DNA from: Eubacteriales bacterium
GTDB lineage: Bacteria; Bacillota; Clostridia; Oscillospirales; CAG-272
Length of the DNA: 64,000 nucleotides
Direction: 5' to 3'
Assembly (NCBI GenBank): GCA_045532805.1
Contig: JAZSGQ010000032.1
Coordinates: 21,107-85,106 of the forward strand
Position 1 is the stretch's first letter. Every line of letters starts with the position of its first letter. The translations under genes were made by a program, and so were the position numbers. The notes under the pieces are model-generated. The model did not search any database and was not told the origin of the DNA. It saw only the letters and a list, made by a program, of their open reading frames with translations. Below are positions 29,387 through 38,310 of this stretch, one piece after another.

Positions 29387-30248
29387 GCGTATCCTCCAAT
29401 GCGCGCAGGATCATATCTGCGCATTCCTTCGTGGTGACGGGCTCGCCGTCGATCGCCACGCCCCGCGCGCGGAGCGCGTGCACAAGGGCTGTGCACTGCG
29501 GCACGTCAAGTCCGACGGCGGTGAGTTCCTCGGATCTTGCGAACACCTCGGCGGGCGTTCCGTCCATCAGAATTTTGCCGTCGTCCAGTACGATCACGCG
29601 GTCGGCGCGTGCCGCCTCGTTCATATAATGCGTGATCGTGAGGATCGTGATTCCCTCTTCGCGGTTCAGTTTTTCCATCGTTTCCACCACCTCGCGGCGT
29701 CCCACGGGATCGAGCATAGCGGTGGATTCGTCAAAGATCATACAACTGGGCATCATCGCGATAATGCCCGCAACCGCCACGCGTTGCTTTTGTCCGCCCG
29801 AGAGTCGGTGCGGCTCGTGGCGTGCATACTCGCTCATGCCCACGGTAGCCAGTGCTCCGTCCACGCGGCGGCGGATCTCGTCCGAGGGCACACCGAGATT
29901 CTCGGGGCCGAAGGCCACGTCCTCCTCCACGATGGTCGCTACCAGTTGATTGTCGGGGTTCTGGAAGACCATACCTACCTCACGGCGCAACTCGTAGACG
30001 TCGTCCTCGCTAAGATCAGGGGAGGTCAGTTCCTTTCCCGCCACGATCAGTGTGCCCGCATCGGGCTCTAAAATGAGGTTAAGGAGTTTGGCCAGGGTCG
30101 ATTTGCCCGAACCGTTGTGCCCCAGGATCGCCACGTATTCACCCTTTTGAATGTCCAGGGACAGTCCGCGCAACACAGGCATCGGTGCAACACCCTCTTC
30201 ACGGTAGGTATACCAAAGATCCCTTGCGCTGATAAATGCTTCGCTCAT
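29367..30248 (-). CDS. ecfA1: ECF transporter ATPase, first subunit
   Basis: Walker A GHNGSGKST, signature LSGGQKQRVAVA. I chose the ATG at 30248 (MSEAFISARDL) over the track's upstream extension. Confidence 0.92.
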   Translation of the reverse strand: MSEAFISARDLWYTYREEGVAPMPVLRGLSLDIQKGEYVAILGHNGSGKSTLAKLLNLILEPDAGTLIVAGKELTSPDLSEDDVYELRREVGMVFQNPDNQLVATIVEEDVAFGPENLGVPSDEIRRRVDGALATVGMSEYARHEPHRLSGGQKQRVAVAGIIAMMPSCMIFDESTAMLDPVGRREVVETMEKLNREEGITILTITHYMNEAARADRVIVLDDGKILMDGTPAEVFARSEELTAVGLDVPQCTALVHALRARGVAIDGEPVTTKECADMILRALEDTHGKSNA

Positions 30249-30255
30249 AGTTTCC

Positions 30256-31116
30256 TCACAGTTCCCAACGGGCAGAAGCGCCCGCGGGCAAAAATGCACC
30301 CGTTTGCGTCACGGGGATACCAAGTTCACCTGCCGTGCAGATGCCACCGAAGCGGCTCTTCACACGCAACTCCAGAATATAACTCATTGCCAGAGGAGAA
30401 AGGCCCGTGGTGTAGGAGTTGATGAGGAAAAAGAGGGGCTCGGGAGAGAGCAATTTTGCCGTGAGCAACACCAGTTCGTCCACGCAATCCTCGATCTTCC
30501 ACACCTCACCCGAGGGGCCGCGTCCGTAGGAGGGGGGATCCATGATCACGGCATCATAGCGGTTGCCGCGCTTGATCTCACGCTCCACAAACTTCTTGCA
30601 GTCGTCCACGATATAGCGAATGGGCGCATCGGCAAGCCCCGAGAGGCGGGCGTTCTCCTTGGCCTGTGCCACCATACCCTTGGCGGCATCCACGTGCACC
30701 ACGCTGGCGCCCGCTTTGGCGGCCGCTACGGTTGCACCGCCCGTGTAGGCAAACAGATTGAGCACCTTGATGGGGCGCCCCGCACGGCGGATCTTCTCGG
30801 AAAACCAATCCCAGTTGGCCGCCTGCTCGGGGAACAGTCCCGTGTGCTTGAAGCCCATGGGCTTGATGAGAAATTTCAACTCGCCGTAGCCGATGTTCCA
30901 CTGCTCGGGCAAGCGATTCTGCTTCCAGCCGCCACCGCCCGAAGAGGAGCGACGGTAGATAGCGTCCGCCTTTTTCCAGAGCGGATGCGCCGCGGCACCG
31001 CGCCACAGGATCTGCGGGTCGGGGCGCACGAGAATATATTTTCCCCATCGTTCCAGACGCTCGCCGTCGCTTGCGTCCAGCAATTCATAATCCTTCCAGT
31101 TATCACATATCCACAT
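30256..31116 (-). CDS. Class I SAM-dependent methyltransferase (RlmI/RlmK-like rRNA methyltransferase family)
   Basis: The SAM-binding motif is VLNLFAYTGGATVAAA, with the catalytic-region motif VIMDPPSYGRG. Confidence 0.8.
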   Translation of the reverse strand: MWICDNWKDYELLDASDGERLERWGKYILVRPDPQILWRGAAAHPLWKKADAIYRRSSSGGGGWKQNRLPEQWNIGYGELKFLIKPMGFKHTGLFPEQAANWDWFSEKIRRAGRPIKVLNLFAYTGGATVAAAKAGASVVHVDAAKGMVAQAKENARLSGLADAPIRYIVDDCKKFVEREIKRGNRYDAVIMDPPSYGRGPSGEVWKIEDCVDELVLLTAKLLSPEPLFFLINSYTTGLSPLAMSYILELRVKSRFGGICTAGELGIPVTQTGAFLPAGASARWEL

Positions 31117-31133
31117 ATCGTTTTCCTCAATAT

Positions 31134-31631
31134 TCAGCGGTTAAAGTATTGTGCCAGGCGCGAGGTGCCGCAATGTCCGTGGCAAATAGCGATCGCCAGA
31201 GCGTCGGCGGTGTCGTCGGGCTTGGGGGGCGCGGGTAATTTGAGCAGATTCGTGACCATGGCAATGACCTGCTTTTTCTCGGCCTTGCCGTAGCCAACGA
31301 CCGCTTGCTTGACCTGCATCGGCGTATATTCCGCAATGCGGAGTCCCTTTTGCTCGCCGCACAGCAGTATGATACCGCGCGCCTCGGCCACGCGAATGCC
31401 CGTGGTGACGTTGTTGGTGAAAAACAACTCCTCCACCGCCATTTCAGCGGGATTGTAGTGGTCGATGATCGCATTCAGTTCGCGGTAGATCAGTGCCAGC
31501 CGTTCCTCAGTGCGCGTGCCCGCAGGCGTCTGTATGGAGCCGTAGCCAAGCGTCTTAAAACGTCCGCCCGCACAGTCCACAACACCCCAGCCCACGATTG
31601 CAAGACCGGGATCGATTCCGAGAATGACCAT
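31134..31631 (-). CDS. ruvC: Crossover junction endodeoxyribonuclease RuvC
   Basis: A 165-aa ORF containing ILGIDPGLAIVGWGV and the C-terminal DTADALAIAICH. Confidence 0.93.
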   Translation of the reverse strand: MVILGIDPGLAIVGWGVVDCAGGRFKTLGYGSIQTPAGTRTEERLALIYRELNAIIDHYNPAEMAVEELFFTNNVTTGIRVAEARGIILLCGEQKGLRIAEYTPMQVKQAVVGYGKAEKKQVIAMVTNLLKLPAPPKPDDTADALAIAICHGHCGTSRLAQYFNR

Positions 31632-31745
31632 AGCACTTCCTTTCCGCCCACCGCGACAAACACGTATCGAGCATACTATATTAGATTACATTATAACACA
31701 TTTTTTCGCGCGCGTCAAATAAAATCGAAAAAATAGTATAGTGTC

Positions 31746-31774
31746 TTTACTTATTTTTTATTTTATGATATAAT
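31746..31774 (+). promoter_or_regulatory. Candidate sigma-A promoter for DUF951-ruvA-ruvB
   Basis: It reads TTTACT, 17 nt, TATAAT, with an extended TGa at 31766-31768. Confidence 0.55.
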
Positions 31775-31803
31775 TATGATATCTTAACGTACGGGAGGAC
31801 GCC

Positions 31804-32007
31804 ATGCAGATCTTAAAATTGCAACCGAATGACGTGCTCGAACTCAAAAAGCCGCATCCGTGCGGAGAGCGCCGTTTCCGTGTCCTGCGCGTGGGTAGCA
31901 TCTGCCGCGTGGTCTGCCTTGGGTGCGGACGGGATATGGATCTTGACCGCATCAAACTGGAACGCGCCGTGAAGCGCACCCTGTCGGCCGACGACTCCAA
32001 CTCTTGA
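31804..32007 (+). CDS. DUF951 family small protein
   Basis: A 67-aa ORF containing LELKKPHPCGERRFRVLRVG...CLGCGR, the pattern typical of DUF951. Confidence 0.8.
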   Translation: MQILKLQPNDVLELKKPHPCGERRFRVLRVGSICRVVCLGCGRDMDLDRIKLERAVKRTLSADDSNS

Positions 32008-32017
32008 GGAGGATCTT

Positions 32018-32629
32018 ATGTTTTATTTCATTGAGGGAGCACTCGCGCTCCTGCGACCCGGCCTTGCCGTGATCTCGGCGGGCGGCGTGGGCTATAAATG
32101 CACCATCAGCGACCGCACGTACAGCGCGATCGCGGGCGGCGCGCAAACCGTCAAACTCTACACACATCTGGCCGTGCGCGAAGACGGCATTGAACTCTTC
32201 GGCTTTATGAACGAGGCCGAACTCGATGCGTTCCTGTTGCTCACAAGCGTGCAGGGTGTGGGCCCCAAGGCGGCCATTTCCATTCTTTCGCAATTCACAC
32301 CCGAGCAGTTCGTGCTGGCGGTATGTGCCGAGGACAAAAAGGCGATCGCCAAGGCCAACGGCATCGGCCCCAAGATTGCCGCACGTATCGTACTGGAACT
32401 GCACGATAAACTTGCCGCAGTCGGTGCAGTCAGTACAGCGAGCGGTTCTTCCCTGCCCACGGTCGACACGCCCGCCGCCGCAGGCGGTGCACTGCGCGAC
32501 GCACAGGAGGCGCTGTTGGTGCTCGGCTACGGCCGCACCGAGATCCTCGCCGCACTGCAGGGCCTGGATACCGCTACGATGAGTTCCGAGGACATCATTC
32601 GCGCGGCACTGAAAAAACTGATGAGATAA
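32018..32629 (+). CDS. ruvA: Holliday junction branch migration complex subunit RuvA
   Basis: A 203-aa ORF with an OB-fold N-terminus (MFYFIEGAL) and the helix-hairpin-helix motifs VQGVGPKAA and [12 protein letters not shown]. Confidence 0.93.
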   Translation: MFYFIEGALALLRPGLAVISAGGVGYKCTISDRTYSAIAGGAQTVKLYTHLAVREDGIELFGFMNEAELDAFLLLTSVQGVGPKAAISILSQFTPEQFVLAVCAEDKKAIAKANGIGPKIAARIVLELHDKLAAVGAVSTASGSSLPTVDTPAAAGGALRDAQEALLVLGYGRTEILAALQGLDTATMSSEDIIRAALKKLMR

Positions 32630-32639
32630 GGAGGATATC

Positions 32640-33704
32640 ATGGATTTCACTGAAGATTTTGACTTTGAAAGCCGTATCCTCTCCACCTCTGAAACAAGAG
32701 AGGACATCGAGCCCGAGATCACGTTGCGTCCGCAGACGCTTGCGGACTACATCGGTCAGGAAAAGGCCAAGGAAAACCTCAAAGTGTATATCAACGCCGC
32801 CAAACAGCGCGGCGACTCGCTGGATCACGTGTTGCTCTACGGCCCGCCAGGCCTTGGCAAGACCACACTTTCCAACATTATCGCCAACGAAATGGGCGTG
32901 AACATTCGCGTCACGTCGGGGCCCGCCATTGAAAAGCAGGGTGACCTTGTGGCACTGCTCACAAACCTTTCCGAGGGTGACGTTCTGTTCATTGACGAGA
33001 TCCATCGCCTGTCCCGCTCCGTGGAGGAAGTGCTCTACCCCGCCATGGAGGACTATGCCGTGGATATCATCATCGGCAGGGGTCCCGCCGCCAGAAGCAT
33101 TCGCATCGACCTGCCCCGCTTCACGCTGATCGGCGCGACCACGCGCGCGGGTCAACTTTCCACGCCCCTGCGCGACCGCTTTGGCGTGTTGCTCAAATTG
33201 GAGCTGTACAGCCCCGAGGAACTTGCGACCATCGTGCGCCGCAGTGCGGATATTCTCTCGCTTCCCCTCTCTCCCGACGGCGCGATCGAGATCGCCTCGC
33301 GCTCGCGCGGCACGCCCCGTATCGCCAACCGTCTGCTCAAGCGCGTGCGCGACTTCGCACAGGTCAAGGGTGACGGTGCCATCACCTCCGAGATTGCCAA
33401 TTACGCTCTGCAACAGTTGGAGATCGACGGGCTGGGTTTGGATCACATCGACCGTCATATGCTCTCGGCGATCATCAAGTTCTATGACGGCGGCCCCGTG
33501 GGCCTTGAAACGCTTGCCGCCACCATCGGCGAGGAGGCTGTCACACTAGAGGACGTGTACGAACCGTATCTGATGCAAATCGGCTTCCTCTCGCGCACCC
33601 CGCGCGGCCGTTGCGTCACACGGCGCGCCTACGAGCACCTGGGAATCCCCTATCACGCCACCGCGCACCCGGGCGAGCAAATGAACGTGTTTGATATCGA
33701 ATAA
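32640..33704 (+). CDS. ruvB: Holliday junction DNA helicase RuvB
   Basis: Contains [12 protein letters not shown], Walker [11 protein letters not shown], Walker B FIDEIHRL and RTPRG. Confidence 0.96.
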   Translation: MDFTEDFDFESRILSTSETREDIEPEITLRPQTLADYIGQEKAKENLKVYINAAKQRGDSLDHVLLYGPPGLGKTTLSNIIANEMGVNIRVTSGPAIEKQGDLVALLTNLSEGDVLFIDEIHRLSRSVEEVLYPAMEDYAVDIIIGRGPAARSIRIDLPRFTLIGATTRAGQLSTPLRDRFGVLLKLELYSPEELATIVRRSADILSLPLSPDGAIEIASRSRGTPRIANRLLKRVRDFAQVKGDGAITSEIANYALQQLEIDGLGLDHIDRHMLSAIIKFYDGGPVGLETLAATIGEEAVTLEDVYEPYLMQIGFLSRTPRGRCVTRRAYEHLGIPYHATAHPGEQMNVFDIE

Positions 33705-33853
33705 AACAAACGCAAAACACACAAATAATAAATATCCCCCACCCCCAACGCTTCGTCGGTGGGGCTGTGCATTGGAAGGTGCTGGCGGCGTCTACGTGGC
33801 ACATTGAGAAGACGGTCGCCGTGGTGGAAAACGTTTCATGCCAAATAAGGAAA

Positions 33854-33880
33854 AGCAGACCGCGATGCGGTCTGCTTTTT
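33854..33880. terminator. Bidirectional intrinsic terminator (ruvB / M14-like gene)
   Basis: A perfect hairpin, agcagaccgc-gat-gcggtctgct, flanked by aaaa and ttttt. Confidence 0.8.
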
Positions 33881-34727
33881 ATACAAGAAACGGGAACGTA
33901 AACAGCGCGCGGCGGACGCCTGCGTAGAGCAAGGCGGCGGGTGCGGCGGCATGCTTGGTTTGTTCTCTGCCGCAGTGGAGTTCAAAGGCGGGGCGGCCAA
34001 GGGCGCGAATGCACCAGTCGCCAAGGCGGCCCGCCGCGGTTTGCGTGCTGGGATCGACCAAGCGATAGCCCGTTGCACGCGAGAGGGCGCGCCCGACGGA
34101 CATGGTTTTGGCCGTGAGGTTATCCGCACAACTGCAACGGATCTCCTCGCCCCACAGGTGCAGATCGAGCACGCCGAGAATCTCGCTGTGTCGCGCGCGC
34201 AAAAAGCGGCAGAGCGCCGCCACCTCGGGCTCGGATTCGGGATATTCTCCGTGTTTGCCACTCTCCGACGTGAATCCTGCATTGTAGTTATAACAAAGTT
34301 CCGCGCCGCGCGCGTTGGCGCGCCAGTGCGAAAACTCCGCGCCGCCGTTTGCGGCAAGCACGCGCTCCCGCAAGGGATTGTTCTCCCCAACACCGTGCAA
34401 AGCATATGTCACCCCGTCGGGATTGAGCATAGGTACCACCAAGATGCGGCGTTCCTCAAACAGTCGCGTCATCGGATAGGTATATTGCATCGTGCCGCGT
34501 TCCAGGCAGGAACGGTAATCCGCTACAAAATCAAGCAAAAGCCGCGCGGTAAGAGATTCGTCCCCGCACTGCGCGCCTACGTAAAGCACGGCGCGCCGCC
34601 CTTTGCCAAGCGTGAGGATCGGGATCTCCCGCCGAAGGATCGTGCGACCGAGCACCCCTACCTCGATCGGTGCGGAAAACGCCTCAAGTTCGCGCCACAA
34701 CGTATCAAAATCGCACACACGCGCCAC
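33879..34727 (-). CDS. M14 (zinc carboxypeptidase / gamma-D-glutamyl-meso-DAP peptidase-like) family protein, possibly catalytically degenerate
   Basis: M14-like landmarks are MLNPDGV, WRANARG, ESEPEV and DLHLWGEE. The expected HxxE region reads AQCGDE. The start is the GTG at 34727, or the better-spaced GTG at 34718. Confidence 0.7.
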   Translation of the reverse strand: MARVCDFDTLWRELEAFSAPIEVGVLGRTILRREIPILTLGKGRRAVLYVGAQCGDESLTARLLLDFVADYRSCLERGTMQYTYPMTRLFEERRILVVPMLNPDGVTYALHGVGENNPLRERVLAANGGAEFSHWRANARGAELCYNYNAGFTSESGKHGEYPESEPEVAALCRFLRARHSEILGVLDLHLWGEEIRCSCADNLTAKTMSVGRALSRATGYRLVDPSTQTAAGRLGDWCIRALGRPAFELHCGREQTKHAAAPAALLYAGVRRALFTFPFLV

Positions 34728-34790
34728 CTCCGTTCCATTTTTTGCATTCGAACTATCTTATGCGCGCACAAAAAAGATTATGCAAAAGGA

Positions 34791-34820
34791 TTTACAAAGT
34801 CGCCCGTATTATGCTATAAT
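34791..34820 (+). promoter_or_regulatory. Candidate sigma-A promoter for the 34853 membrane protein gene
   Basis: It reads TTTACA, 18 nt, TATAAT, with an extended TGc. Confidence 0.55.
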
Positions 34821-34852
34821 GATAGGTAACACCTCCCGAAAGGAAGCATACT

Positions 34853-35587
34853 ATGAACAAAACGCAACTGCGTCTGCCTGCAATCCTGCTGTTTTGCGTG
34901 TACACACTGTACGCATTGGCCGCCGCTGCTTACGAATATGTCGCCACGGACATCGTGCTCCTTGGCACACTTTGGTTTGATGCCATTGATATCGTCACAC
35001 GCTACGTCGAGATCTTCGGCGCCGCCGTACTGCTCGCGCTTCTTGTCTTCTTCGTATACCGCCACGGCGCGAGGAACGCCGCGCCTGCCTACTGGCTCGC
35101 GGTGATCGCCCTCGTCTATAAGTATCTTGCCACCGTGCTGGCCGTTTCCCTCGTGGGCGGCGCGATCGACCTCACGGGCGGACTTGTAACGTATACGGTG
35201 GCGGTCCTAATGGAACTCCTGCTCGCCGCAATTGCGGTCTTCCTGGCGCACCGCTATATCACGCCCACCATGGAGCAATACGAGAGCCAAGTGGCCGCCG
35301 CGAAGACCTTGCAACAGGACGCGGACTTCCCCAATCCCTGTTACCCTTTCCGCACTCTTTTGAGTTTCAAAAACCCTGTGCTCCTCACACTGTTTTGGTG
35401 CATTGTGGCGCTCTGCGTTTTCCACGCCGCCTCTTTCCTTATTCTCTTTATCTCGGGCTCTCCCCTGCTTGCCGCAGATATCCCCGTGATGCTCATTTAC
35501 CTTGTGATCCTGGTGCTGATTCCCTCGGCCCTTGCTTACCTTGTAGCGCGCGGCATCTTCCGCTTTGCCGCCCGTCGGCTTTCTTAA
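34853..35587 (+). CDS. Polytopic membrane protein of unknown function (about 6 TM helices)
   Basis: A 244-aa ORF made of successive hydrophobic helices. An AAAGGAAG RBS precedes it and a strong terminator follows. Confidence 0.75.
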   Translation: MNKTQLRLPAILLFCVYTLYALAAAAYEYVATDIVLLGTLWFDAIDIVTRYVEIFGAAVLLALLVFFVYRHGARNAAPAYWLAVIALVYKYLATVLAVSLVGGAIDLTGGLVTYTVAVLMELLLAAIAVFLAHRYITPTMEQYESQVAAAKTLQQDADFPNPCYPFRTLLSFKNPVLLTLFWCIVALCVFHAASFLILFISGSPLLAADIPVMLIYLVILVLIPSALAYLVARGIFRFAARRLS

Positions 35588-35597
35588 TGGATTCTGC

Positions 35598-35634
35598 AAA
35601 AAAGGAACAGACGAAATTCGTCTGTTCCTTTTTT
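35598..35634. terminator. Bidirectional intrinsic terminator
   Basis: A perfect 10-bp stem, ggaacagacg/cgtctgttcc, flanked by aaaaaa and tttttt between convergent genes. Confidence 0.85.
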
Positions 35635-35656
35635 ATTGGAATCTTATTCGGCACCG

Positions 35657-36174
35657 TCAAGTACCGCCATCCGTTACCTCGCTCTGCGGATAGGAGCCAA
35701 ACCATATGACGTTACCCTCTCGCACGTATACGGGGCCTTTCACCTCGGGCTCACCGCACCTGTCGCATTCGCCGTCCTTGTAATTATGTCCAAACTCGGA
35801 ACCACTCGCAAACGTATCGGTTCCCTTTTCACCGCAGGAGCAACTGTAATAATACACGGCGGCAGACGTACAGGTCGCTTCGCTTGCAAGGTATTGCGCA
35901 TCGGTATTCTGCTCGGCATAGTCGTGCCCCGTGGCATCGATCGGCTTTTCCTCAGCCGCGCCGCAAAGCGCACAAACGTGCTCGGCTACGCCGTCTTGCG
36001 TGCAGGACGCCTGTGTTTTAGCACTCCGTTCTCGCCCCATTCGTGCGAGCAAGCCGCCTCGTCACAGCCAACGAGTACCGTCGCAAGGAGCACGCAAAGT
36101 GCAAGACAGAGCAAGACTATCCACAATCGTTTTTTTGATAACAAAGCCCTCTCCAAAGAAAAGAATGCACGCAC
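35657..36174 (-). pseudogene. Frameshifted and C-terminally short Cys-rich lipoprotein gene
   Basis: Track ORF 35986-36174 encodes a lipoprotein signal peptide (LLATVLVGC) followed by CSHEWGENGVL. Track ORF 35657-36052 continues in another frame with KTQASCTQDGVAEHVCALCG...GHDY. The frames join at an A4/T4 run (36016-36019). The product ends abruptly after FGSYPQSEVTDGGT. Confidence 0.65.
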
Positions 36175-36276
36175 CGCGCAAGTGATGCGCTATAAAGAAT
36201 ATACATCTTACAAGAACATTGTAGCACAACATCTTTTTATTATAAATTACAATTGACAAAAACCCACATACGAACA

Positions 36277-36313
36277 CAAAAAAAGAGCAGACACTCAGTG
36301 TCTGCTCTTTTTT
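36277..36313 (-). terminator. Intrinsic terminator after the P-loop gene
   Basis: The hairpin agagcagacac-tca-gtgtctgctct is flanked by A7 and T7 runs. Confidence 0.85.
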
Positions 36314-36336
36314 TCGGCGGTATTGGCGTTGGTATC

Positions 36337-36744
36337 TTATACGTACTTCTTGATGCCGTCGGTTGCATTCTCCACGGCGATGGAAGCGGTCATGAAGACG
36401 TTGACGTCGTGCTTCACAAGCAGAGCGGCAACCTCATCGAGCATTGCCTCCATAGCGGCAACGTCGCCACCACAGATCTTCATCGTGTTATCGACGAACA
36501 GATCGGTCACGTCATAGTTGCTGGCAAGAATGCCTGCGATAAAGCCGTAAAGGGATTCCGCATCATGTACGAGATATTCTTCGGTATCGATCAAGCGCAC
36601 TTTGGACGTAATATCAAAGCGCAACTGGGTGCCTTTTTCGATGCAAACAACGTCGCCCTTGGAAGCGGCGGCAGCAGCATTTACCTTTTCAATCAGGGTC
36701 TTGGTTTTACCGGTGCCCTTCAGACCGATCATAATTTTGAGCAT
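36337..36744 (-). CDS. Small stand-alone P-loop NTPase-like protein (135 aa)
   Basis: Walker A is GLKGTGKT at residues 7-14, with a Walker-B-like LFVD. GGAGG lies 9 nt upstream of the ATG. The gene sits between two terminators. Confidence 0.75.
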   Translation of the reverse strand: MLKIMIGLKGTGKTKTLIEKVNAAAAASKGDVVCIEKGTQLRFDITSKVRLIDTEEYLVHDAESLYGFIAGILASNYDVTDLFVDNTMKICGGDVAAMEAMLDEVAALLVKHDVNVFMTASIAVENATDGIKKYV

Positions 36745-36841
36745 GGGACTGTACCTCCGAAATTTGATGCGTAACGGGGACGTTCCCCGTCTACACTTTT
36801 ATTATACACGATTCTTTTTGGAATTTCAAGGGCTATTTTAC

Positions 36842-36882
36842 AAAAAAAAGCACGGCACCGAAAAAATCTTTCGGTGCCGTGC
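36842..36882 (-). terminator. Intrinsic terminator downstream of pgi
   Basis: A perfect 14-bp stem, gcacggcaccgaaa/tttcggtgccgtgc. On the minus strand a T8 run follows. Confidence 0.85.
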
Positions 36883-36898
36883 GGTAAAATTTCACGGA

Positions 36899-38236
36899 TT
36901 AGCCAAGACGTGCCTCAAGCTCTGCCTTCTGTGCCTCGTAACCGGGCTTGCCGAGCAGGGCGAACATATTCTTCTTGTAGGCCTCCACGCCGGGCTGATC
37001 AAAGGGATTGACGCCAAGCAGGTAGCCCGAGATGGCGCACGCCTTCTCGAAGAAATACAGAAGATAACCAAGCGAACGGGTACTGCGGTCCTCAAGTTCC
37101 AGTACGATGTTGGGTACGCCGCCGTCGATGTGCGCAAGCAAAGTGCCCTTGCGTGCCATATCGTTGACGTAGTTGAGGTCCTTACCCGAAAGGAAATTCA
37201 GGCCGTCGATGTTTTCGGGATCGTTGGGGATCAGTTGCGCCACGCCCGTGTCCTTCACCCAGATCACGGTTTCAAACAGGTTGCGCATACCGTCCTGAAT
37301 GTACTGACCCAAAGAATGCAGGTCGGTGGAGAAGATCACGGATGCGGGATAAATGCCCCTCTTATCCTTGCCCTCGCTCTCGCCGTACAACTGCTTCCAC
37401 CACTCGCTGAGCATCTGCAGATAAGGCTCGTAGCCGACCAAGATCTCGGTGGACTTGCCCTGACGCAGCAGAATGTTGCGCAGTGCGGCATACTTATAGC
37501 AATCGTTTTTCTCGATATCGGGATCGGCGAAGGCCACGCGCGCGTCGTCCGCACCCTGCATCAACTCGTCGATATCCACACCCGAAACGGCGATGGGAAG
37601 AAGGCCCACAGCAGACAGCACAGAGAAACGGCCGCCCACGTCATCGGGCACCACAAAGGTCTCATAGCCCACCTTGTCGGCAAAGCCCTTGAGCGTGCCG
37701 CGCGCACGGTCGGTGGTCACGAAAATGCGCTCTTTTGCACCCTCGGCGCCATACTTTTTCTCCAGCAGTTCGCGGAAAATGCGGAAAGCCACGGCGGGCT
37801 CGGTGGTCGTGCCCGACTTGGAGATCACGTTGATGCAAACGTCGCGGCCCTCACAGATCGCAAGCAGTTCCTGCATATTGGTGGCGCTGATGTTGCAACC
37901 CGAGAAGTAGATGTCGGGCGTATCCTTTTTGAGATTATTGTAAAGCGGAGATTTGAGGAACTCGATCACGGCGCGGGAACCGAGATACGAACCGCCGATA
38001 CCGATGACGATAAACACGTCACAGGACTTGCGAATCTTGGCGGCGGCCTCTTTGATGCGCGCGAACTCCTCTTTGTCATAGTCACGGGGCAAATTCATCC
38101 AACCGAGGAAATCGTGACCGGGACCCGATCTTTCCTCCAGCATCGTATGTGCCGCATTGACCATGGGCTGCATATAGCCATACTCTTTTTCGGTGACGAA
38201 CGACTTCACGTAGGAATCAACAAGACGAATTGACAT
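36899..38236 (-). CDS. pgi: Glucose-6-phosphate isomerase
   Basis: A Firmicute-type PGI of about 445 aa with [12 protein letters not shown] and [14 protein letters not shown] chose the ATG at 38236, which has AAAGAGG upstream. Confidence 0.93.
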   Translation of the reverse strand: MSIRLVDSYVKSFVTEKEYGYMQPMVNAAHTMLEERSGPGHDFLGWMNLPRDYDKEEFARIKEAAAKIRKSCDVFIVIGIGGSYLGSRAVIEFLKSPLYNNLKKDTPDIYFSGCNISATNMQELLAICEGRDVCINVISKSGTTTEPAVAFRIFRELLEKKYGAEGAKERIFVTTDRARGTLKGFADKVGYETFVVPDDVGGRFSVLSAVGLLPIAVSGVDIDELMQGADDARVAFADPDIEKNDCYKYAALRNILLRQGKSTEILVGYEPYLQMLSEWWKQLYGESEGKDKRGIYPASVIFSTDLHSLGQYIQDGMRNLFETVIWVKDTGVAQLIPNDPENIDGLNFLSGKDLNYVNDMARKGTLLAHIDGGVPNIVLELEDRSTRSLGYLLYFFEKACAISGYLLGVNPFDQPGVEAYKKNMFALLGKPGYEAQKAELEARLG

Positions 38237-38310
38237 AGTGACCTCTTTCCGCATAAACATGCTTTTGTAATGAATCCATTATACCATTTACAACACTTGG
38301 TTTGCAAGTC

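Noticed and set aside
31632-31803. A search for a LexA/DinR SOS box (GAAC-N4-GTTC type) in the divergent ruvC / DUF951-ruvAB control region.
   Set aside because: Only a poor, non-symmetric resemblance (CGACAAACACGTATCG) is present. It is not convincing enough to report as a site.
33705-33850. A possible small RNA between ruvB and the shared terminator, based on a CCCCACC...GGTGGGG hairpin.
   Set aside because: There is a single modest hairpin with a 14-nt loop, no promoter-like elements and no T-run. The region is more simply the 3' UTR of ruvB, ending at the strong terminator at 33854-33880.
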